From Eledone cirrhosa (Eukaryota), in assembly GCA_964016885.1 (NCBI GenBank), contig OZ024743.1, forward strand, positions 219,790,001 to 219,854,000: DNA of 64,000 bases, read 5' to 3'. The notes under the pieces are model-generated. The model ran no database searches. It was not told the DNA's origin and was given only the letters and a program-made list of their open reading frames with translations. Positions 14,131 through 29,450 of this stretch are shown here, one piece after another. The first letter of the stretch is position 1. Each line of letters opens with the position of its first letter. The translations under genes were made by a program, and so were the position numbers.

Positions 14131-17014
14131 ATAGAATGTTGTTAGAACGCCAGATAGAATGCTGTTAGAATGCCAGATAGAATGCTGTTAGAACGCCAGA
14201 TAAATTGTTGTATGAATGCCAGATAGAATTTTGTTAGAACGCCAGATAGAATGTTGTATGAACGCCAGATAGAATGTTCTATGAACGCCAGATAAATGTT
14301 GTTAGAACGCCAGATAGAATGTTGTATGAACACCGGATAGAATGTTGTTAGAACGTCGAATAGAATGTTGTTAGAACGCCAGATAGAATGTTGTATGAAC
14401 GCCAGATAGAATGTTGTTAAAACGCCAGATAGAATGTTCTTAGAACGCCAAATAGTAGGTGTTCTTAGAACGCCAGATAGAATGTTGTATGAACACAGAT
14501 AGAATGTTGTATGAACGCCAGATAGAATGTTGCTAAAACGCCAGATAGAATCTTGTATGAACGCCAAATAGAATGTTGTTAAAACGTCAGATAAAATGTT
14601 GTTAGAACGCCACATAGAATGTTTTATGAACGCCAGATAGAATGTTGTATGAAGGCCAGATAGAATATTGTATGAACGCCAGATAGAATGTTGTATAAAC
14701 GTCATATAGAATGTCGTATGAACGCCAGATAGAATGTTGTTAGAACACCAGATAGAATGTTGTTAGAACGCCAGATAGAATGTTGTATGAACGCCAGTCA
14801 GAATGTTGTTACAACACCAGATAGAATGTTGTTAGAACACCAGATAGAATGTTGTTAGAACGCCAGATAGAATTTTGTATGAACACCAGATAGAATGTTG
14901 TTAGAACGCCGAATAGAATGTTGTGAGTACGACAGATAGAATATTGTACAAACGCCGGATAGAACGTTGTTAGAACGCCGAATAGAATGTTGTTAGAACG
15001 CCAGATAGAATGCTGTATGAACGCCACATAGAATGTTGTTAGAACGCCAGATAGAATGCTGTTAGAACGCCAGATAAATTGTTGTATGAACGCCAGATAG
15101 AATTTTGTTAGAACGCCAGATAGAATGCTGTATGAACGCCAGATAGAATGTTCTATGAACGCCAGATAAATGTTGTTAGAACGCCAGATAGAATGTTGTA
15201 TGAACACCGGATAGAATATTGTTAGAACGTCGAATAGAATGTTGTTAGAACGCCAGATAGAATGTTGTATGAACGCCAGATAGAATGTTGTTAAAATGCC
15301 CGATAGAATGTTGTTATAACGCCAGATAGAATGTTGTATGAACACAGATAGAATGTTGTATGAACGCCAGATAGAATGTTGTATGAACGCCAGAAAGAAT
15401 GTTGTTAGAACGCCAGATAGAATGTTGTTAAAACGCCAGATAGAATGTTGTTATAACGCCAGATAAAATGTTGTGTGAACGCCAGATAGAATGTTGTATG
15501 AACGCCAGATAGAATGTTGTTAGAACGCCACATAGAATGTTGTTAGAACGCCAGATAGAATGTTGTATGAACACCAGATAGAATGTTGTATGAACGCCAA
15601 ATAGAATGTGGTTAAAACGTCAGATAAAATGTTGTTAGAACGCCAGATAGAATGTTATTAGTACGCCAGATGGAATGTTGTATGAACGCCAGATATAATG
15701 TTGTTAGAACACCAGATAGAATGTTGTTAGAACGTCAGATAGAATGTTGTTACAACGCCAGATAGAATGTTGTTAGAACGCCAGATGGAATTTTGTTAGA
15801 ACGCCAGATAGAATGATGTATGAACGCCAGATTAAATGTTGTATGAACGCCAGATAGAACGTTGTCAGAACGCCAGATAGAATGTTGTTAGAACGCCAGA
15901 TAGAATGTTATTAGTACGCCAGATAGAATGTTGTATGAACGCCAGATAGAATGTTGTTACAACGCCAGAAAGAATGTTGTTAGTACGCCAGATAGAATGA
16001 TGTATGAACGCCAGATAGAACGTTGTTAGAACGACAGATAGAATGTTGTATGAACGCCGGATAGAATGTTGTTAGAACGCCAGATAGAATTATGTATGAA
16101 CACCAGATAGAATGTTGTTAGAACGCCGAATAAAATGTTGTGAGAACGACAGATAGAATATTGTACGAACGCCGGATAGAATGTTGTTAGAACGCCGAAT
16201 AGAATGTTGTTAGAACGCCAGATAGAATGTTGTATGAACGCCACATAGAATGTTGTTAAAACGCCAGATAGAATGCTGTTAGAACGCCAGATAAATTGTT
16301 GTATGAACGCCAGATAGAATTTTGTTAGAACGCCAGATAGAATGTTGTATGAACGCCAGATAGAATGTTCTATAAACGCCAGATAAATGTTGTTAGAACG
16401 CCACATAGAATGTTGTTAGAACGCCAGATAGAATGCTGTTAGAATGCCAGATAGAATGCTGTTAGAACGCCAGATAAATTGTTGTATGAACGCCAGATGG
16501 AATTTTGTTAGAACGCCAGATAGAATGTTGTATGAACGCCAGATAGAATGTTCTATGAACGCCAGATAAATGTTGTTAGAACGCCAGATAGAATGTTGTA
16601 TGAACGCCAGATAGAATGTTGTTAAAACGCCAGATAGAATGTTGTTAGAACGCCAGATAGAATGTTCTCAGAACGCGAAATAGAATGTTCTTAGAACGCC
16701 AGATAGAATGTTGTATGAACACAGATAGAATGTTGTTAGAACGCCAGATAGAATGATGTATGAACGCCAGATAGAATGATGTTAGAACGCCAGATAGAAT
16801 GTTGGTAGACCGCCACATAGAATGTTGTTAGAACGCCAGATAGAATGTTGTATGAAGGCCAGATAGAATGTTGTATGAACGCCAGATAGAATGTTGTATG
16901 AACGTCATATAGAATGTCATATGAACGCCAGATAGAATGTTGTTACAACGCCAGATAGAATGTTGTTAGAACGCCAGATAGAATGTTGTATGAACGCCAG
17001 ATAGAATGTTGTTA

Positions 17015-20000
17015 GAACGCCAGATAGAATTTTGTTAGGACGCCAGATAGAATGTTGTTACAACGCCAGATAGAATGTTGTATGAATGCCAGATAGAATG
17101 TTGTTAGAACACCAGATAGAATGTTGTTAGAACGCCAGATAGAATGTTGTATGAACGCCAGTCAGAATGTTGTTACAACACCAGATAGAATGTTGTGAGA
17201 ACGACAGATAGAATATTGTACGAACGCCGGATAGAATGTTGTTAGAACGCCGAATAGAATGTTGTTAGAACGCCAGATAGAATGCTGTTAGAACGCCAGA
17301 TAAATTGTTGTATGAACGCCAGATAGAATTTTGTTAGAACGCCAGATAGAATGTTGTATGAACGCCAGATAGAATGTTCTATAAACGCCAGATAAATGTT
17401 GTTAGAACGCCAGATAGAATGTTGTATGAACACCGGATAGAATGTTGTTAGAACGTCGAATAGAATGTTGTTATAACGCCAGATAGAATGTTGTGTGAAC
17501 GCCAGATAGAATATTGTATGAACGCCAGATAGAATGTTGTTAGAACGCCACATAGAATGTTGTTAGGACGCCAGATAGAATGTTGTATGAACACCAGATA
17601 GAATGTTGTATGAACGCCAAATAGAATGTGGTTAAAACGTCAGATAAAATGTTGTTAGAACGCCAGATAGAATTTTGTTAGAACGCCAGATAGAATGATG
17701 TATGAACGCCGGATAGAACGTTGTTAGAACGCCAGATAGAATGTTGTATGAACACCGGATAGAATGTTGTTAGAACGCCGAATAGAATGTTGTTAGAACT
17801 ACAGATAGAATGTCGTATGAACGCCGGATAGAATGTTGTTAGAACGCCAGATAGAATATTGTTAGAACGCCAGATAGAATGTTGTATGAACACCTGATAG
17901 AATGTTGTATGAACGCCAGATAGAATGTTGTTAAAACGCCAGATAGAATCTTGTTATAACGCCAGATAAACTGTTGTGTGAACGCCAGATGGAATGTTGT
18001 ATGAACGCCAGATAGAATGTTGTTAGAACGCCACATAGAATGTTGTTAGACCGCCACATAGAATGTTGATGAACGCCAGATAGAATGTTGTATGAACGCC
18101 AGATAGAATGTTGTTAGAACGCCAGATAGAATGTTATTAGTCCGCCAGATAGAATGTTGTATGAATGCCAGATAGAATGTTGTTAGAACACCAGATAGAA
18201 TGTTGTTAGAACGCCAGATAGAATGTTGTTAGAACGCCAGATAGAATTATGTATGAACACCAGATAGAATGTTGTTAGAACGCCGAATAAAATGTTGTGA
18301 GAACGACAGATAGAATATTGTACGAACGCCGGATAGAATGTTGTTAGAACGCCGAATAGAATGTTGTTAGAACGCCAGATAGAATGTTGTATGAACGCCA
18401 CATAGAATGTTGTTAAAACGCCAGATAGAATGCTGTTAGAACGCCAGATAAATTGTTGTATGAACGCCAGATAGAATTTTGTTAGAACGCCAGATAGAAT
18501 GTTGTATGAACGCCAGATAGAATGTTCTATAAACGCCAGATAAATGTTGTTAGAACGCCACATAGAATGTTGTTAGAACGCCAGATAGAATGCTGTTAGA
18601 ATGCCAGATAGAATGCTGTTAGAACGCCAGATAAATTGTTGTATGAACGCCAGATGGAATTTTGTTAGAACGCCAGATAGAATGTTGTATGAACGCCAGA
18701 TAGAATGTTCTATGAACGCCAGATAAATGTTGTTAGAACGCCAGATAGAATGTTGTATGAACGCCAGATAGAATGTTGTTAAAACGCCAGATAGAATGTT
18801 GTTAGAACGCCAGATAGAATGTTCTCAGAACGCGAAATAGAATGTTCTTAGAACGCCAGATAGAATGTTGTATGAACACAGATAGAATGTTGTATGAACG
18901 CCAGATAGAATGTTGTATGAACGCCAGATAGAATGATGTTAGAACGCCAGATAGAATGTTGGTAGACCGCCACATAGAATGTTGTTAGAACGCCAGATAG
19001 AATGTTGTATGAAGGCCAGATAGAATGTTGTATGAACGCCAGATAGAATGTTGTATGAACGTCATATAGAATGTCATATGAACGCCAGATAGAATGTTGT
19101 TACAACGCCAGATAGAATGTTGTTAGAACGCCAGATAGAATGTTGTATGAACGCCAGATAGAATGTTGTTAGAACGCCAGATAGAATTTTGTTAGGACGC
19201 CAGATAGAATGTTGTTACAACGCCAGATAGAATGTTGTATGAATGCCAGATAGAATGTTGTTAGAACACCAGATAGAATGTTGTTAGAACGCCAGATAGA
19301 ATGTTGTATGAACGCCAGTCAGAATGTTGTTACAACACCAGATAGAATGTTGTGAGAACGACAGATAGAATATTGTACGAACGCCGGATAGAATGTTGTT
19401 AGAACGCCGAATAGAATGTTGTTAGAACGCCAGATAGAATGCTGTTAGAACGCCAGATAAATTGTTGTATGAACGCCAGATAGAACGTTGTCAGAACTCC
19501 AGATAGAATGTTGTTAGAACGCCAGATAGAATGTTATTAGTACGCCAGATAGAATGTTGTATGAACGCCAGATAGAATGTTGTTACAACGCCAGAAAGAA
19601 TGTTGTTAGAACGCCAGATAGAATTTTGTTAGAACGCCAGATAGAATGATGTATGAACGCCGGATAGAACGTTGTTAGAACGCCAGATAGAATGTTGTAT
19701 GAACACCGGATAGAATGTTGTTAGAACGCCGAATAGAATGTTGTTAGAACTACAGATAGAATGTCGTATGAACGCCGGATAGAATGTTGTTAGAACGCCA
19801 GATAGAATATTGTTAGAACGCCAGATAGAATGTTGTATGAACACCTGATAGAATGTTGTATGAACGCCAGATAGAATGTTGTTAAAACGCCAGATAGAAT
19901 CTTGTTATAACGCCAGATAAACTGTTGTGTGAACGCCAGATGGAATGTTGTATGAACGCCAGATAGAATGTTGTTAGAACGCCACATAGAATGTTGTTAG

Positions 20001-23000
20001 AACGCCAGATAGAATGTTGTATGAACACCAGATAGAATGTTGTATGAACGCCAAATAGAATGTTGTTAAAACGTCAGATAAAATGTTGTTAGAACGCCAG
20101 ATAGAATGTTATTAGTACGCCAGATAGAATGTTGTATGAACGCCAGATAGAATGTTGTTAGAACACCAGATAGAATGTTGTTAGAACGCCAGATAGAATG
20201 TTTTTACAACGCCAGATAGAATGTTGTTAGAACGCCAGATAGAATTTTGTTAGAACGCCAGATGGAATGATGTATGAACGCCAGATAGAATGTTGTATGA
20301 ACGCCAGATAGAACGTTGTTAGAACGCCAGATAGAATGTTGTATGAACACCGGATAGAATGTTGTATGAACGCCAGATAGAATGTTGTTACAACGCCAGA
20401 TAGAATGTTGTTAGAACGCCAGATGGAATTATGTTAGAACGCTAGATAGAATGATGTATGAACGCCAGATAGAATTTTGTTAGGACGCCAGATAGAATGT
20501 TGTTACAACGCCAGATAGAATGTTGTATGAATGCCAGATAGAATGTTGTTAGAACACCAGATAGAATGTTGTTAGAACGCCAGATAGAATGTTGTATGAA
20601 CGCCAGTCAGAATGTTGTTACAACACCAGATAGAATGTTGTGAGAACGACAGATAGAATATTGTACGAACGCCGGATAGAATGTTGTTAGAACGCCGAAT
20701 AGAATGTTGTTAGAACGCCAGATAGAATGCTGTTAGAACGCCAGATAAATTGTTGTATGAACGCCAGATAGAATTTTGTTAGAACGCCAGATAGAATGTT
20801 GTATGAACGCCAGATAGAATGTTCTATAAACGCCAGATAAATGTTGTTAGAACGCCAGATAGAATGTTGTATGAACACCGGATAGAATGTTGTTAGAACG
20901 TCGAATAGAATGTTGTTATAACGCCAGATAGAATGTTGTGTGAACGCCAGATAGAATATTGTATGAACGCCAGATAGAATGTTGTTAGAACGCCACATAG
21001 AATGTTGTTAGGACGCCAGATAGAATGTTGTATGAACACCAGATAGAATGTTGTATGAACGCCAAATAGAATGTGGTTAAAACGTCAGATAAAATGTTGT
21101 TAGAACGCCAGATAGAATTTTGTTAGAACGCCAGATAGAATGATGTATGAACGCCGGATAGAACGTTGTTAGAACGCCAGATAGAATGTTGTATGAACAC
21201 CGGATAGAATGTTGTTAGAACGCCGAATAGAATGTTGTTAGAACTACAGATAGAATGTCGTATGAACGCCGGATAGAATGTTGTTAGAACGCCAGATAGA
21301 ATATTGTTAGAACGCCAGATAGAATGTTGTATGAACACCTGATAGAATGTTGTATGAACGCCAGATAGAATGTTGTTAAAACGCCAGATAGAATCTTGTT
21401 ATAACGCCAGATAAACTGTTGTGTGAACGCCAGATGGAATGTTGTATGAACGCCAGATAGAATGTTGTTAGAACGCCACATAGAATGTTGTTAGACCGCC
21501 ACATAGAATGTTGATGAACGCCAGATAGAATGTTGTATGAACGCCAGATAGAATGTTGTTAGAACGCCAGATAGAATGTTATTAGTCCGCCAGATAGAAT
21601 GTTGTATGAATGCCAGATAGAATGTTGTTAGAACACCAGATAGAATGTTGTTAGAACGCCAGATAGAATGTTGTTAGAACGCCAGATAGAATTATGTATG
21701 AACACCAGATAGAATGTTGTTAGAACGCCGAATAAAATGTTGTGAGAACGACAGATAGAATATTGTACGAACGCCGGATAGAATGTTGTTAGAACGCCGA
21801 ATAGAATGTTGTTAGAACGCCAGATAGAATGTTGTATGAACGCCACATAGAATGTTGTTAAAACGCCAGATAGAATGCTGTTAGAACGCCAGATAAATTG
21901 TTGTATGAACGCCAGATAGAATTTTGTTAGAACGCCAGATAGAATGTTGTATGAACGCCAGATAGAATGTTCTATAAACGCCAGATAAATGTTGTTAGAA
22001 CGCCACATAGAATGTTGTTAGAACGCCAGATAGAATGCTGTTAGAATGCCAGATAGAATGCTGTTAGAACGCCAGATAAATTGTTGTATGAACGCCAGAT
22101 GGAATTTTGTTAGAACGCCAGATAGAATGTTGTATGAACGCCAGATAGAATGTTCTATGAACGCCAGATAAATGTTGTTAGAACGCCAGATAGAATGTTG
22201 TATGAACGCCAGATAGAATGTTGTTAAAACGCCAGATAGAATGTTGTTAGAACGCCAGATAGAATGTTCTCAGAACGCGAAATAGAATGTTCTTAGAACG
22301 CCAGATAGAATGTTGTATGAACACAGATAGAATGTTGTATGAACGCCAGATAGAATGTTGTATGAACGCCAGATAGAATGATGTTAGAACGCCAGATAGA
22401 ATGTTGGTAGACCGCCACATAGAATGTTGTTAGAACGCCAGATAGAATGTTGTATGAAGGCCAGATAGAATGTTGTATGAACGCCAGATAGAATGTTGTA
22501 TGAACGTCATATAGAATGTCATATGAACGCCAGATAGAATGTTGTTACAACGCCAGATAGAATGTTGTTAGAACGCCAGATAGAATGTTGTATGAACGCC
22601 AGATAGAATGTTGTTAGAACGCCAGATAGAATTTTGTTAGGACGCCAGATAGAATGTTGTTACAACGCCAGATAGAATGTTGTATGAATGCCAGATAGAA
22701 TGTTGTTAGAACACCAGATAGAATGTTGTTAGAACGCCAGATAGAATGTTGTATGAACGCCAGTCAGAATGTTGTTACAACACCAGATAGAATGTTGTGA
22801 GAACGACAGATAGAATATTGTACGAACGCCGGATAGAATGTTGTTAGAACGCCGAATAGAATGTTGTTAGAACGCCAGATAGAATGCTGTTAGAACGCCA
22901 GATAAATTGTTGTATGAACGCCAGATAGAACGTTGTCAGAACTCCAGATAGAATGTTGTTAGAACGCCAGATAGAATGTTATTAGTACGCCAGATAGAAT

Positions 23001-23904
23001 GTTGTATGAACGCCAGATAGAATGTTGTTACAACGCCAGAAAGAATGTTGTTAGAACGCCAGATAGAATTTTGTTAGAACGCCAGATAGAATGATGTATG
23101 AACGCCGGATAGAACGTTGTTAGAACGCCAGATAGAATGTTGTATGAACACCGGATAGAATGTTGTTAGAACGCCGAATAGAATGTTGTTAGAACTACAG
23201 ATAGAATGTCGTATGAACGCCGGATAGAATGTTGTTAGAACGCCAGATAGAATATTGTTAGAACGCCAGATAGAATGTTGTATGAACACCTGATAGAATG
23301 TTGTATGAACGCCAGATAGAATGTTGTTAAAACGCCAGATAGAATCTTGTTATAACGCCAGATAAACTGTTGTGTGAACGCCAGATGGAATGTTGTATGA
23401 ACGCCAGATAGAATGTTGTTAGAACGCCACATAGAATGTTGTTAGAACGCCAGATAGAATGTTGTATGAACACCAGATAGAATGTTGTATGAACGCCAAA
23501 TAGAATGTTGTTAAAACGTCAGATAAAATGTTGTTAGAACGCCAGATAGAATGTTATTAGTACGCCAGATAGAATGTTGTATGAACGCCAGATAGAATGT
23601 TGTTAGAACACCAGATAGAATGTTGTTAGAACGCCAGATAGAATGTTTTTACAACGCCAGATAGAATGTTGTTAGAACGCCAGATAGAATTTTGTTAGAA
23701 CGCCAGATGGAATGATGTATGAACGCCAGATAGAATGTTGTATGAACGCCAGATAGAACGTTGTTAGAACGCCAGATAGAATGTTGTATGAACACCGGAT
23801 AGAATGTTGTATGAACGCCAGATAGAATGTTGTTACAACGCCAGATAGAATGTTGTTAGAACGCCAGATGGAATTATGTTAGAACGCTAGATAGAATGTT
23901 GTAT
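17015..23904. repeat. Near-perfect tandem duplication, unit 3,445 bp (150 monomers including five 22-mers); copies ~17015-20459 and ~20460-23904
   Basis: Six identical ORF pairs are offset by exactly 3445 (17242/20687, 17678/21123, 17839/21284, 18183/21628, 19629/23074, 19790/23235). Rare markers agree: TTTGTTAGGA at 17031/20476 and TCAGAACTCC at 19491/22936. Confidence 0.95.
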
Positions 23905-26900
23905 GAACGCCAGATAGAACGTTGTTAGAACGCCGAATAGAATGTGGTTAGAACTACAGATAGAATGCTGTATGAAAGCCGGATAGAATGTTGTTAGAAC
24001 GCCAGATAGAATGTTGTATTAACACCAGATAGAATGTTGTTAGAACGCCGAATAGAATGTTGTTAGAACGACAGATAGAATGTTGTATGAACGCCGGATA
24101 GAATGTTGTTAGAACGCCAGATAGAATGTTGTTAGAACGCCAGATAGAATGTCGTATGAACACCGGATAGAATGTTGTTAGAACGCCGAATAGAATGTTG
24201 TTAGAACGCCAGATAGAATGCTGTTAGAACGCCAGATAGAATGTTGTATGAACGCCAGATAGAATGTTGTGAGACCGCCACATAGAATGTTGTATGAACG
24301 CCAGATAGAATGTTGTATGAACGCCAGATAGAATGTTGTTAGAACGCCAAATAGAATCTTGTTAGAACGCCAGATAGAATGTTGTATGAACACGAGATAG
24401 AATGTTGTATGAACGCCAAATAGAATGTGGTGAAAACGTCAGATAGAATGTTGTTAGAACGCCACATAGAATGTTGTTAGAACGCCAGATAGAATGTTGT
24501 ATGAACACCAGATAGAATGTTGTATGAACGCCAAATAGAATGTTGTTAAAACGTCAGATAAAATGTTGTTAGAACGCCAGATAGAATGTTATTAGTACGC
24601 CAGATAGAATGTTGTATGAACGCCAGATATAATGTTGTTAGAACACCAGATAGAATGTTGTTAGAACGCCAGATAGAATGTTGTTACAACGCCAAATAGA
24701 ATGTTGTTAGAACGCCAGATAGAATCTTGTTAGAACGCCAGATAGAATGATGTATGAACGCCAGATAGAATGTTGTATGAACGCCAGATAGAACGTTGTT
24801 AGAACGCCAGATAGAATGTTGCTAGAACGCCAGATAGAATGTTATTAGTACGCCAGATAGAATGTTGTATGAACGCCAGATAGAATGTTGTTACAAGGCC
24901 AGATAGAATGTTGTTAGAACGCCAGATAGAATTTTGTTAGAACGCCAGATAGAATGATGTATGAACGCCAGATAGAATGTTGTATGAACGCCAGATAGAA
25001 CGTTGTTAGAACGCCAGATAGAATGTTGTATGAACACCGGATAGAATGTTGTTAGAACGCCGAATAGAATGTTGTATGAACACCGGATAGAATGTTGTTA
25101 GAACGCCGAATAGAATGCTGTTAGAACGCCAGATAGAATGCTGTTAGAACGCCAGATAAAGTGTTGTATGAAGTCCAGATAGAATGTTGTATGAACGCCA
25201 GATAGAATTTTGTTAGAACGCCAGATAGAATGATGTATGAACGCCAGATAGAATGTTGTTAGACCGCCACATAGAATGTTGTATGAACGCCAGATAGAAT
25301 GTTGTATGAACGCCAGATAGAATGTTGTTAGAACGCCAGATAGAATGTTATTAGTCCGCCAGATAGAATGTTGTATGAATGCCAGATAGAATGTTGTTAG
25401 AACACCAGATAGAATGTTGTTAGAACGCCAGATATAATGTTGTTAGAACGCCAGATAGAATTATGTATGAACACCAGATAGAATGTTGTTAGAACGCCGA
25501 ATAAAATGTTGTGAGAACGACAGATAGAATATTGTACGAACGCCGGATAGAATGTTGTTAGAACGCCAGATAGAATGTTGTATGAACGCCACATAGAATG
25601 TTGTTAAAACGCCAGATAGAATGCTGTTAGAACGCCAGATAAATTGTTGTATGAACGCCAGATAGAATTTTGTTAGAACGCCAGATAGAATGTTGTATGA
25701 ACGCCAGATAGAATGTTCTATAAACGCCAGATAAATGTTGTTAGAACGCCACATAGAATGTTGTTAGAACGCCAGATAGAATGCTGTTAGAATGCCAGAT
25801 AGAATGCTGTTAGAACGCCAGATAAATTGTTGTATGAACGCCAGATGGAATTTTGTTAGAACGCCAGATAGAATGTTGTATGAACGCCAGATAGAATGTT
25901 CTATGAACGCCAGATAAATGTTGTTAGAACGCCAGATAGAATGTTGTATGAACACCGGATAGAATGTTGTTAGAACGTCGAATAGAATGTTGTTAGAACG
26001 CCAGATAGAATGTTGTATGAACGCCAGATAGAATGTTGTTAAAACGCCAGATAGAATGTTGTTAGAACGCCAGATAGAATGTTCTCAGAACGCGAAATAG
26101 AATGTTCTTAGAACGCCAGATAGAATGTTGTATGAACACAGATAGAATGTTGTATGAACGCCAGATAGAATGTTGTATGAACGCCAGATAGAATGATGTT
26201 AGAACACCAGATAGAATGTTGGTAGACCGCCACATAGAATGTTGTTAGAACGCCAGATAGAATGTTGTAAGAAGGCCAGATAGAATGTTGTATGAACGCC
26301 AGATAGAATGTTGTATGAACGTCATATAGAATGTCGTATGAACGCCAGATAGAATGTTGTTACAACGCCAGATAGAATGTTGTTAGAACGCCAGATAGAA
26401 TGTTGTATGAACGCCAGATAGAATGTTGTTAGAACGCCAGATAGAATTTTGTTAGGACGCCAGATAGAATGTTGTTACAACGCCAGATAGAATGTTGTAT
26501 GAATGCCAGATAGAATGTTGTTAGAACACCAGATAGAATGTTGTTAGAACGCCAGATAGAATGTTGTATGAATGCCAGTCAGAATGTTGTTACAACACCA
26601 GATAGAATGTTGTGAGAACGACAGATAGAATATTGTACGAACGCCGGATAGAATGTTGTTAGAACGCCGAATAGAATGTTGTTAGAACGCCAGATAGAAT
26701 GCTGTTAGAACGCCAGATAAATTGTTGTATGAACGCCAGATAGAATTTTGTTAGAACGCCAGATAGAATGTTGTATGAACGCCAGATAGAATGTTCTATA
26801 AACGCCAGATAAATGTTGTTAGAACGCCAGATAGAATGTTGTATGAACACCGGATAGAATGTTGTTAGAACGTCGAATAGAATGGTGTTATAACGCCAGA

Positions 26901-29450
26901 TAGAATGTTGTGTGAACGCCAGATAGAATGTTGTATGAACGCCAGATAGAATGTTGTTAGAACGCCACATAGAATGTTGTTAGAACGCCAGATAGAATGT
27001 TGTATGAACACCAGATAGAATGTTGTATGAACGCCAAATAGAATGTGGTTAAAACGTCAAATAAAATGTTGTTAGAACGCCACATAGAATGTTGTTAGAA
27101 CGACAGATAGAATGTTGTATGAACACCAGATAGAATGTTGTATGAACGCCAAATAGAATGTGGTTAAAACGTCAAATAAAATGTTGTTACAACGCCAGAT
27201 AGAATGTTGTATGAATGCCAGATAGAATGTTGTTAGAACACCAGATAGAATGTTGTTAGAACGCCAGATAGAATGTTGTATGAACGCCAGTCAGAATGTT
27301 GTTACAACACCAGATAGAATGTTGTGAGAACGACAGATAGAATATTGTACGAACGCCGGATAGAATGTTGTTAGAACGCCGAATAGAATGTTGTTAGAAC
27401 GCCAGATAGAATGCTGTTAGAACGCCAGATAAATTGTTGTATGAACGCCAGATAGAATTTTGTTAGAACGCCAGATAGAATGTTGTATGAACGCCAGATA
27501 GAATGTTCTATAAACGCCAGATAAATGTTGTTAGAACGCCAGATAGAATGTTGTATGAACACCGGATAGAATGTTGTTAGAACGTCGAATAGAATGTTGT
27601 TATAACGCCAGATAGAATGTTGTGTGAACGCCAGATAGAATGTTGTATGAACGCCAGATAGAATGTTGTTAGAACGCCACATAGAATGTTGTTAGAACGC
27701 CAGATAGAATGTTGTATGAACACCAGATAGAATGTTGTATGAACGCCAGATATAATGTTGTTAGAACACCAGATAGAATGTTGTTAGAACGTCAGATAGA
27801 ATGTTGTTACAACGCCAGATAGAATGTTGTTAGAACGCCAGATGGAATTTTGTTAGAACGCCAGATAGAATGATGTATGAACGCCACAGTAAATGTTGTA
27901 TGAACGCCAGATAGAACGTTGTCAGAACTCCAGATAGAATGTTGTTAGAACGCCAGATAGAATGTTATTAGTACGCCAGATAGAATGTTGTATGAACGCC
28001 AGATAGAATGTTGTTACAACGCCAGAAAGAATGTTGTTAGAACGCCAGATAGAATTTTGTTAGAACGCCAGATAGAATGATGTATGAACGCCGGATAGAA
28101 CGTTGTTAGAACGCCAGATAGAATGTTGTATGAACACCGGATAGAATGTTGTTAGAACGCCGAATAGAATGTTGTTAGAACTACAGATAGAATGTCGTAT
28201 GAACGCCGGATAGAATGTTGTTAGAACGCCAGATAGAATATTGTTAGAACGCCAGATAGAATGTTGTATGAACACCTGATAGAATGTTGTATGAACGCCA
28301 GATAGAATGTTGTTAAAACGCCAGATAGAATCTTGTTATAATGCCAGATAAACTGTTGTGTGAACGCCAGATGGAATGTTGTATGAACGCCAGATAGAAT
28401 GTTGTTAGAACGCCACATAGAATGTTGTTAGAACGCCAGATAGAATATTGTATGAACACCAGATAGAATGTTGTATGAACGCCAAATAGAATGTTATTAA
28501 AACGTCAGATAAAATGTTGTTAGAACGCCAGATAGAATGTTATTAGTACGCCAGATAGAATGTTGTATGAACGCCAGATAGAATGTTGTTAGAACACCAG
28601 ATAGAATGTTGTTAGAACGCCAGATAGAATGTTTTTACAACGCCAGATAGAATGTTGTTAGAACGCCAGATAGAATTTTGTTAGAACGCCAGATGGAATG
28701 ATGTATGAACGCCAGATAGAATGTTGTATGAACGCCAGATAGAACGTTGTTAGAACGCCAGATAGAATGTTGTATGAACACCGGATAGAATGTTGTATGA
28801 ACGCCAGATAGAATGTTGTTACAACGCCAGATAGAATGTTGTTAGAACGCCAGATAGAATTATGTTAGAACGCTAGATAGAATGATGTATGAACGCCAGA
28901 TAGAACGTTGTTAGAACGCCGAATAGAATGTGGTTAGAACTACAGATAGAATGCTGTATGAACGCCGGATAGAATGTTGTTAGAACGCCAGATAGAATGT
29001 TGTATGAACACCAGATAGAATGTTGTTAGAACGCCGAATAGAATGTTGTTAGAACGACAGATAGAATGTTGTATGAACGCCGGATAGAATGTTGTTAGAA
29101 CGCCAGATAGAATGTTGTTAGAACGCCAGATAGAATGTCGTATGAACACCGGATAGAATGTTGTTAGAACGCCGAATAGAATGTTGTTAGAACGCCAGAT
29201 AGAATGCTGTTAGAACGCCAGATAGAATGTTGTATGAACGCCAGATAGAATGTTGTGAGACCGCCACATAGAATGTTGTATGAACGCCAGATAGAATGTT
29301 GTATGAACGCCAGATAGAATGTTGTTAGAACGCCAAATAGAATCTTGTTAGAACGCCAGATAGAATGTTGTATGAACACGAGATAGAATGTTGTATGAAC
29401 GCCAAATAGAATGTGGTGAAAACGTCAGATAGAATGTTGTTAGAACGCCA
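22915..29450. repeat. ~1.5-kb block (~22915-24463) repeated at offset 4,986 (~27901-29449)
   Basis: ORF pairs 23074/28060, 23235/28221, 23954/28940 and 24178/29164 are all offset 4986. TCAGAACTCC occurs at 22936/27922. A few substitutions separate the copies. Confidence 0.9.
26465..27745. repeat. Local duplication with offset 712 bp (31 monomers minus 1 bp)
   Basis: Near-identical ORFs 26659..26970 and 27371..27682, with the same order of CCAGTCAG, GTGAGAACGAC, ATAAATTG and TTCTATAAAC variants. Confidence 0.85.
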
